DNA of 46,239 bases from Nemertoderma westbladi (Eukaryota > Animalia > Xenacoelomorpha), in the NCBI GenBank assembly GCA_032718475.1, contig JAUCBJ010007491.1:1-46239 (forward strand). Direction: 5' to 3'. The position numbers and the translations under genes were made by a program. Shown piece after piece: positions 37,305-46,239 of this stretch (the first letter of the stretch is position 1; each line of letters starts with the position of its first letter). Under the pieces are notes generated by a model, which did no database searches, was not told where the DNA came from, and was given only the letters and a program-made list of their open reading frames with translations.

Positions 37305-40300
37305 GAATATATCCTCCGTATTCTGCATACCCGGAACTCAGAATGGAAAAACTAGTAGTTTTCTTATTGATAGTGGGGCCCAAATTAGTGCGATTCCCCC
37401 AAACTCAACTGAACGCAAATGTCCGGATGTCAACTCAGCATTACGGGCTGCAAATGGAACCACTATCAAGACATACGGCAGATGAACTGTAACTATTTCA
37501 TTTGGTAAACTGCGCCGGCGGTACAAGTGGACTTTTATTGTTGCTGATATTCGCCAACCAATTTTGGGAGCAGATTTCCTAGACCTCGCTCAACTCTTAG
37601 TTGACTGCACTCACCACTGTATTATTGACAATATCACCAAACTGAAGCCTTAGGGAAACCCAACGACAACTTACTTCTACTTAAACCAATGTTCTTCGAA
37701 GTGTCAGTTGATTTACCCACACCTTACAAGGAAATCATAGAGAAATATCCCAATGTTATCAAGGAGTTTAATCCTTCAAAAACCACTCCCAAACATGATG
37801 TGAAACACCATATTAAGACATCGGGTCCACCCACATTTTGCCAGCCGCGACGATTAACGCCGAGTAAACTACAAGTAGCGAAACGCGAATTTGACAACTT
37901 GTTAGACCTCGGTATAGTCCGCACATCATCCAGCCCATGGGCTTCCCCGTTACATATGGTCCCGAAGCAAATTCCAGGACAATGGCGGCCCTGCGGTGAC
38001 TAACGCAATTTAAATCTACAAACAGTCCCAGATCGATACCCTTTACCTCACATTACAGACTGTACAGCAAGCCTATCCGGTTCGAAGATATTTAGCAAGA
38101 TTGATCTAGTCAAGGCCTATAACCAAATCCCCGTAGCAGAGGAAGACATTCCTAAAACTGCAATAACTACACCATTTGGTCTGTACGAGTTTGTCTGCAT
38201 GCCTTTCGGGCTCCGGAATGCAGCTCAAACCTTACAGCATTTCATCAACAATATTATTAATGATATGGATGGAGTTATAGGCCGCTCAGATGACTTACTG
38301 ATCCACTCACCGGACTTAGAAACTCACCTGTCAACATTAGTCAAATTACTGAGACGTCTTGACGTACATGGACTCTGTATAAACCTCAGCAAGTGTGTCT
38401 TTGGCGTTTCTGAGATAGTTTTCCTTGGATATACTATTGATGCTCAAGGAATACAACCACCACTGGAGAAAACTGAAGCCCTTAGAGATTACCCGGCACC
38501 ACAGTCTAAATCAGCACTTAGACGATTTCTTGGCATGTGTAATTATTATTCACGTTTCGTGTCGCGATACCAAGTTATTGCTTCCCCCCTCACTGATTTA
38601 TTGCAGGATAAAAACTCTGATTTTACATGGTCAAGGGAAGCTGATGAAGGCTTTAACTCATTAAAGAATGCACTTATTAATGCTACTAAGCTGCGCCACC
38701 CTACATTTGATAAAGATGCATCTGTTAAAATATCATTAACCACACTAAATACGGATGCTTCCAATAAAGCAGTCGGCGCTGTTCTTCACCAATGTTCAGA
38801 AACTGGCGATATTGAACCACAACCACTGGCGTTTTTCTCCAAGAAATTGAAACCCAATGAACAACGTTATGGAGCATATGATCGTGAATTACTAGCGATA
38901 ATGTTAGCGATTAAACATTTTAAGCATCAACTAGAGGGCACTGACTTTGTGGTATATACTGACCAAAAACCGTTGACCCATGCACTGACAGCCAAAGAGC
39001 CATCACCACGCCAGCAATGCTATCTTTCTTACATTGCAGAATTTACGAGCGACATTCGCTATATAGCGGGTCGGGAGAATGTGGTAGCTGATGCCCTTTC
39101 TCGGATAGAAATAGACTTGATCAGAAGTGGCTATCCACTGTGTCTTTCAGCGTCACAATTAGCAAACTCACAAGCAGAGGATACTGAGCTATCAAATCTT
39201 ATTCACAATCCGATTCCATGTAGTAATATTGTTCTAGAATGGCGGACAATAAACTCAGGCAATTCCACTGCTGATATATATTGTGATGTGTCAATGGAAC
39301 AGACTAGACCATACATACCAACAAAACTCAGAGAGCAAGTGTTTGAGCAGTTGCATGGAATTTCACATTCGGGTTGTAAAGCCACTCGCAGATTAATATC
39401 CGAGCGTTTTTTCTGGCCTGGGATGCGAATAGACATTACAGCCTGGTGTAAACAATGTGAAATTTGTCAGCAATCCAAGATTAGTCGCCACATACATACA
39501 CCCATATCTACAATTCCAAAAAACTCGCGCTTTGAAACCATCCACATTGATTTTGTTGGTCCTCTACCATCTTCAAATGGAAACAGATACATACTCACCA
39601 TTATTGATAGGTTCACGCGATGGCCAGCCGCTGTTGCCATAGCTACTGCGGACTCCAAAACCACCTTGTGCTGTTTATGGGAGCATTGGTTCTCAACTTT
39701 CGGTCTACCGAAATTTATTATTCATGATCGCGGATCAGCATTTACATCCCGAGAATTTAAAGATGAAATGAAGCGTCTTGGCATCGAAGATAAACCTACA
39801 ACAGCCTATCATCCTCAGTGTAATGGGATAGTGGAGCGCTGGCATCGGAGATTAAAAGATGCACTCAAGGCTTACATCGGTGAGCATCCCCAGGATTGGT
39901 GTTCTGTTTTGCCCATTATATTGCTTCAACTCCGAACTACGATTAGGGATGATACACACAATTCCCCAGCTGATCTCACATTTGGCCAACCATTGAGGCT
40001 GCCATGTGATATGTTTGAGAAGCACTCAGATTCACCAGCAACATCTAGCTTCGGCACGAAGTTACAAACTCATATGAGAAACTTACAGAGCCCCAATACT
40101 AACTCTCGGAACCCTAACCATCTGATTTACATACCGGAGACGATTTACACATCGGATTATGTCTGGTTGCGAATTGATTCTGTCAAGAAGCCTTTGCAAC
40201 GCCCTTATATTGGACCTTTCAAAATCTTGGATCGCACCGATAAAACTGTCACCATACTCAAGGGCGATAAACAAGATGTCGTATCCTTAGACCGTGATAA

Positions 40301-40481
40301 ACCCGCCATCCTAGGTTCTACAACGTCACACTCCAAGACACGCAAAGTAGGGAGTGGGAACAGTGAAGCAAAGCCAAAACAAACTGAAACTGGAAACTCA
40401 CATAACAACAAGGGCGAAGCAATTCTTCCTGCTACAGACTACATTAGTAAGCGAGGCAGACGCGTAAAATTTCGGTTTTAG
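37271..40481 (+). pseudogene. pol: Gypsy pol (protease, RT, RNase H, integrase)
   Basis: [40 protein letters not shown] finger, D-D-E (IDFVGP/HDRGS/VERWH), GPF; stops at 37483, 37651, 38001 and a frameshift near 37650. Confidence 0.96.
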
Positions 40482-40535
40482 AATTTATTTGTTTATATAT
40501 ATTGTTAGTAGCTCCGCTAGTAGGTCGGGGAGTGA

Positions 40536-40647
40536 TATAGTGATATGAAAATATGATATTGATATGGAGGGAAATTTAAAAATATAATTATATATATATA
40601 TCTACATAAATTGATTTTGATTATTATTTTTTCTCTTATACCCAAAA
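40536..40647 (+). repeat. 3' LTR (112 bp), preceded by purine-rich tract GGTCGGGGAGTGA
   Basis: Direct repeat of the 5' LTR; followed by TSD AGAG. Confidence 0.95.
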
Positions 40648-40651
40648 AGAG

Positions 40652-40910
40652 CAAACTGGATTAGTCATCATCACAAAATAAAAATTTTGAATCTGGATTC
40701 GCAAAAACAGGACTCTATCCTTTCCAGAGGGATAAGATTATATCAATGCTACCATCTGAAGCCTATTGATCAACTTCAGCTGGGACTAGATGAAGTCGAT
40801 GATGCCCTAATTGCATTATTAAAGAATGTTACTGCGAGAATGCAAGCCGATGTTAATACTCGAAACCAGGGCAAAAAGGTTAATATTATGACAGGCCAGT
40901 CTATATAAGC
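40652..40910 (+). pseudogene. pogo-like transposase relic, 3' part
   Basis: NFESGFAKTGLYPF, typical of the pogo C-terminus; resumes after the Gypsy TSD. Confidence 0.65.
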
Positions 40911-41589
40911 TGGTGACATAGCAAAGAGGCAGTGGCTAGAACCACTACGTGAGGGAAGGAGAAGATTCCAATATCAATCATACTTGTAGCTAACACGCAG
41001 GTTGAAGAAGCACGGATAACTGAATCCACATCCACTCATTGACAGTAATGATAGATGCAGGTATGCATCACCAGAACCAAGTTATCCAGATTTTATTTTG
41101 TCTGTTAGTTATTTTTCCTGTGAATTTTCTTGTAATTTCAATACTGTAATTGTTAACTGTAGATTTAACTAAAATTTGAATTGCCATCTCTTGTAATGTG
41201 AAAATTGATCCTTACCAATGTTTAGCCCTATGTTATTCGGTATAGACCTATAATTTAACATGATTCATTATGTGCAATAATAAACTGGCATATAATGAAA
41301 GAAGCCCCAGTATCCCCACCTTGGTAGGCACCTTTTAAAAACGTTTTAGTGAACCAAGTAACCACCAACTGTAGTTATTGCAGCCACAAATTATCAATAT
41401 AACAAATTAGGATGGTGTTTATGACGGGCTTTTTGTGATGGCTCAAGAATTCCCACAATGGTTTAAATATATATAACATATTGGGCCACCATGGTTTTTA
41501 AAAAAAATCAATGCAAACTTCATTTAATGGGAGGGTATATCGATTTAATTAATATACAGGTTTCTATAGGCCTTAACAGCCATCACAAG

Positions 41590-42320
41590 CCAATGATAAT
41601 TTTTAGGGCATCATCACCGGTAATTTTTAGGGGTTGTGGCAGTTTCCCAACTGTATAGGCACTCATGATGGGAAACATGTTGCATAAGGGCATAATCCTA
41701 AAGTGGGTCTTTATATTACAATCATCAAGGTTTTCTATTTTATTGTACTTATTACTGATGCAAATCATAAATTAATATTTGTTAACATAGGATGTTATGG
41801 ATATTACAGTGATGGGGAAAGTTTTTCCTCAACAAGTTTCAGTCAAAAGTTTGATATTAGCAGGAAGTAATCTGATTTCTCCATGACTTGTTAGTAGCAT
41901 ACAAGCTTTCGGGTTACGTGCAAATATTATGCTTCCATACAGTTATGAAATGTTAGAAAATAAGATCTCCAATTACCTACCATCTGACTCGAGAATGCAG
42001 CATTTCAGAAAATTGTTTCAGAATCTTGTGGGCACAGATATTTTCTTAATAAAATTGAAGCACAACCAACCTCCGTGGTTGCTATAGTTAAGGCTGCACT
42101 ATATAGCCATCTTATATCCCAAAAAACTTTAGGATGACGATGACCAAATAGTTGATAGTAATTGGCGACCAGAGGTTGAAAATATATCACATCAAAGTTT
42201 ATTTACCACCATCTTCATAAAAGCATCCGATAAGAATGTGGCAAATCAAGAACGTTTAGAGCGTTCTTTAATACCAGTGGGGCAATAAAATGGCAACAGA
42301 CACCAGTAAACTAAGGAAAA
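41590..42320 (+). pseudogene. PIF/Harbinger transposase relic
   Basis: WQFPNCIGTHDGKHV, SGSLYYN, GCYGYYSDG and decayed ENxFxIL motifs; many lesions. Confidence 0.82.
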
Positions 42321-42681
42321 ACAGTGACTAATCATTTGTGGGTTTTATAGAAGTATAAAAAAAAATAAGAAGAAAAAAATAAGTATAAAGATTATTTTTA
42401 TTATAATAATTTTGACAGCACTCGTATCATTAACAATACCATACTGACATCGGTTATTATCTCATTTACAGAATAATATAACAATATACACTAATAATTA
42501 TATATACTAATAATTAATAATACTTAGTTTGCAACTCCTCAGCTCATTCTGTTTCTCATTTCATTTTGATTATCTAAAAGAGCAACATTTTACATTGTCA
42601 GGTACAGTAATGAATGCACTATTATACACTTTCATCTTGCACCACAGCTCCTTGGAAATGATAAAAATTGGTATCAAAATT

Positions 42682-42780
42682 ATGATCATCAATTAGTATT
42701 CATGATCATCAATCAGTATTCAAGATCATCAATCAGTATTCATGATCATCAATCAATATTCATGATCATCAATCCGTATT
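42682..42780. repeat. 20-bp minisatellite, 5 copies
   Basis: ATGATCATCAATCAGTATTC repeated. Confidence 0.9.
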
Positions 42781-43567
42781 ACTATTATGTGGAAGTATCT
42801 CATTCTTCCTCCAATTAAATGGATCCAGATAATAGAAAGTATTAAATAGGCAGTGTATGTATTGTTATGATATTGGTTATTATAAATTTGTATTGAGTAA
42901 TTAATATATCCCCTACCTGCCCCATTTTAGCATTGATCAGTATTCCCACAAGAACTCATATGTAAGTAAACGTTAGATTAAACGTTTTACCCCCAATCCC
43001 AGTTGAAACACGATCTAAGACTAAAAGAGTATCACTTCCTTTTTTACACCAATGTACTTGAGAAACTTTCTCATTGTCGCGTTTAACTTCTTAGCTCAAC
43101 TTTCTTGAACATAAAGGCGATTATAATCAGCTTTACATCTAATAATTTAAATTTTTCTTGCATCCAATAATGCACATGCAAAGTCATTGCGAACCACTGT
43201 GCATTTTGACTTAAAGAGAAAAGCAGAAGGATTTATCAAAAGCATGTTGATAATAGTTTCAGCTGTACCCAAGGTCATATTTAGATTACTGTCTTTAACT
43301 CTATAAACTTTATTTGTTATTGATGACTACGTAAGATGTAGGGTTTCTAATACTGTAATCTGATATTACTGATATTACTATGGCAGGTAGGTCATCCCAT
43401 ACTATGGTACTAATAAGTATGTACTTGACTCATACAAAAATCGCAGATCATACTTATGATCCTAAATACATCGCTTCAACATAATACATTTTAAAATGGC
43501 TTAGCACATAAAAGCAATGTTGCTGTGAAAACACAATGGCACCCTAAATAAGTAACAATGATAACTA

Positions 43568-44843
43568 CAGTCCCTATCTCATTCTGAATATTATTTCTCA
43601 AACTGGGTATCATTTCTCAAACCTTTTACTAATGATAGTCAACGGAGAATTTCAGTAGGTAAGACTGGGGTAAGAGTTGAGAAATCAGAAAGATGCAGCC
43701 AGCTCAATCTAACTCAAACTAGAGTCTGGCGCCATGGTTTGAGTTAGGTTGACTTCCAACTGTGCCATACTCAGCATTACTCTTCCTGTACGGGATGGAT
43801 AATTACTCTGGTTGAGTAGTGAGGCACCACATGGGGAAGGGGCCTCTGTCTGATGTTTGGCCGGCCGGTAAGCTGGGCAGGCCGGCTTGCGTGTGTCTCA
43901 TAAAAGACATGTCAATCACGCAGTTCCTTTGTGGGCTTTACTAAATGTATGTTGTTAACTAAACCACACTGGCTCGGTCTGTTTGTAGAGAAAGTTTTAA
44001 TTCTGGGATCATATTGTTGTGGGAAATTGTTGCTCTGTTATCTGTCTGTTTGATGTCAATTTGGTGCCTTACAAGACATATCAGTTTAAAAATCGACTGG
44101 TTAATTAAGAATTAGACCTCGCAACACCCCCCCCCCCCCCCCCCCCCCTCCCATAAATATGGCCCTGTCTATAATTACAGAGGTTTCGTTTCTTCTGGCC
44201 CCTTTGCCCGGTATATACCCACACCCAGATGTATTGCGAATAATTGTGTTGACGATGTAATAGAGAATTAAACATTAGTAAAACATTAAAGTTAAACATT
44301 AGAAACATTAGCGAAATATACGCGACATTAAAATAAATTTATAAAATTGGTTGGTTATATTATATGGTTATATTTTAATGTAAAATAACGTTAATATGTT
44401 ATGAGTCATACATACTTAAAAATAAATGTAATAAAAAATTTATAAATCGTCAGTTTATAATTTAGCATATATTTTTTTTATTCTGAAATTTAAAAATAAG
44501 TGAAATGTAAAAAAAAGTAAAAATAAGTAAAAAAGTAAAATTGAGTCACTGAGTCTGCAACTTAATTCTCACTGTCTACTGGAGTTAATTACACACAAAC
44601 AAATCAAGTTTAGGGAATGTTATAACAGCAGGAGACCATCAAACCCGTAGGCAGAGTATAACAGAAGCGAGTGGGCCATTAAACACAGACAGCTTGTTGT
44701 ATGAATGCTACACAGTGCACAGTGGGTGGTTACGCGAGTTTGAGTTGGGTTTGAGTAAACCAGACAGGTTTGAGTTAGTAAGAGTGAGGTAAGAGAAAAG
44801 GTACCCAGTTTGAGAAACGGTATCTAGAATGAGATATGGACTG
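43568..44843. mobile_element. Tc1/mariner-type MITE
   Basis: TA|CAGTCCCTATCTCATTCT...TTTCTCAAACTGGGTA and TACCCAGTTTGAGAAA...AGAATGAGATATGGACTG|TA; TA TSD. Confidence 0.78.
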
Positions 44844-44929
44844 TATAACCGTATTATTCCCATTACTGCATTATTGCTCCGAATTCACTTTATGTACGCC
44901 TACTGTATGGCATACATATGGTATTTTTA

Positions 44930-45225
44930 TTCTTGATTAATTATGTCGGTCTTGAATTTATTTACATCGGTCTTGAACTTATTTATGTCCCTCTTGATTT
45001 ATTTATATGTCGGTCTTGATTTATTAATGTCGATTTTGAATATATTTATGCCGCACTTGATTTAATTATCTCGCCCTTGAATTATTATTGCCGCCCTTGA
45101 ATTATTATTGCCGCTCTTGAATTATTATTGTCGCTCTTGAATTATTATTGTCGCACTTGATTTATTTACGGCGCTCTTGAATTATTTATATCGGTCTTGA
45201 TTCCCATTTACTTGGTCTTGATTCA
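44930..45225. repeat. ~20-bp subterminal minisatellite, ~14 diverged copies
   Basis: TCTTGAATTATTATTGYCGC-like units immediately after a TATGGCA terminus at 44906. Confidence 0.9.
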
Positions 45226-45640
45226 TTGGTCGAAGGAATTTCTACCGTTATAATCAACCAATCAGAATCAGCTGCACAGTAGTGCAGTGAGAATACACTA
45301 CACTAATGTATGCAGTGCATAGTACCGGTAACGATTTGAATTAATCACCCGAGTACAAAGGACTATGCTAACCAGTACTGCTAAGCCCATTGTCAGTGAA
45401 TTCTTCATTGTTTTGTATTTGGGTTAGGCCTACTGGGTTTATTGGATTTGTTATTAGGTCATTCATTAGTATTAGGTACCATTGTTGCGCCGTTTGTGAC
45501 TTGTGTTTATAATAACCCTACCAGACCTATAGTAGAGCAGTCGTTGCCTTACAATTAAGTGCCTCAGGCCTACTAACTAGGCCTATAACAGTATGCAGTA
45601 AGGCAGTATAAGTAGTATCTGGGTACTGGTATAAAAGAGG

Positions 45641-46239
45641 ATGGAAGAGGAATTTTTGAGGGACATTTTGGCTGTTGTTGACAAGTCAATAAATTATATT
45701 GAGACTGTTAGAGGCTTTGATTGTACTTCCCAACCAAGCTCTATTTTAAATAGAGACAAGTTACTGGGTCAATTAGACACTGCAATATGTTGTTTATCAC
45801 TGGTTAACGATATAAACTCACCAAATAACACCGAAGGGAAAGCCTTTCAGAATTTGCTTCAGCGATTAGTCAATGAACTCATGAGTTGCAGCGGAGAACC
45901 AAGTCCATGTTGCACTAGGTGTGCAGATATTAGTGGCGGCGGCAGGCCAGATACAAATACTAATTCTGTTCCTCGAGTAGGACGTCCAAAGTTTGACCTT
46001 TCTTGTGATGTTTTGAGTTTTCTTAAAGAATCTGGGTTCACCTGGCAGCAAATTTCTGTGATGCTTGGAGTTAGTCGCTCTGCGGTCATGGTAAGGGTCC
46101 GGGAATATGGTCTGCAACGAGTTTTATCTGATGTTACTGATGGTGATTTAACATCCGAAATTGCTAGACTGCATAGCGAATTCCCGCATGCAGGATGTCG
46201 AATGCTTAATGCTATGTTACGGTCTAGAAACATAAGTGT
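45641..46239 (+). CDS. IS3EU-type DDE transposase, N-terminal part (runs off the window)
   Basis: ATG at 45641, 199 stop-free codons to the end; GRPKFDLSCDVLSFLKESGFTWQQISVMLGVSRSAVMVRVREYGL (HTH) and PHAGCRMLNAMLRSRNI. Absent from the ORF track because it has no stop. Confidence 0.8.
   Translation, partial: MEEEFLRDILAVVDKSINYIETVRGFDCTSQPSSILNRDKLLGQLDTAICCLSLVNDINSPNNTEGKAFQNLLQRLVNELMSCSGEPSPCCTRCADISGGGRPDTNTNSVPRVGRPKFDLSCDVLSFLKESGFTWQQISVMLGVSRSAVMVRVREYGLQRVLSDVTDGDLTSEIARLHSEFPHAGCRMLNAMLRSRNIS

Larger units (their letters stand above)
35463..40647 (+). mobile_element. Gypsy/Ty3 LTR retrotransposon, CsRn1 clade, full length but defective
   Basis: Paired LTRs; TSD AGAG (35459-35462, 40648-40651); PBS; PPT; gag with C-x2-H-x9-C-x3-C; PR-RT-RH-IN order. 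Confidence 0.97.

Noticed and set aside
43750-44105. SINE or structured RNA inside the Tc1 MITE
   Set aside because: GC-richer segment, but no recognisable A/B boxes, tRNA fold or TSD.
45859-46233. Minus-strand ORFs of 124 and 83 aa
   Set aside because: Antisense shadows of the plus-strand transposase ORF.

Overview
AT-rich eukaryotic (animal, probably marine invertebrate; inference) genomic DNA made almost entirely of nested transposable elements around one small host gene. The host gene has two coding exons (18817-18930 + 21993-22187) and encodes a 102-aa secreted, 10-Cys three-finger (Ly6/uPAR-like) protein that the ORF track only partly shows. Retroelements: four near-identical 5'-truncated RTE-type LINE copies with (TAG)n tails; a ~7.6 kb RTEX/Proto2-like LINE whose ORF1 region carries a Ulp1/C48 protease-like domain behind a 54-bp tandem array, inserted in an older CR1/L2-type LINE; a complete CsRn1-clade Gypsy LTR element (very short LTRs with TA..AA ends, tRNA-Trp PBS, AGAG TSD) inserted in a pogo relic; and a BEL/Pao gag fragment. 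DNA elements: Helentron-like (HINE) non-autonomous elements with differing cargo; Mutator-like elements with 9-bp TSDs carrying a 68-bp satellite; P-like and Tc1-like MITEs; hAT and Harbinger relics; and the 5' part of an apparently intact IS3EU-type element running off the window end. All family calls come from motif recognition by eye; no database searches were run.
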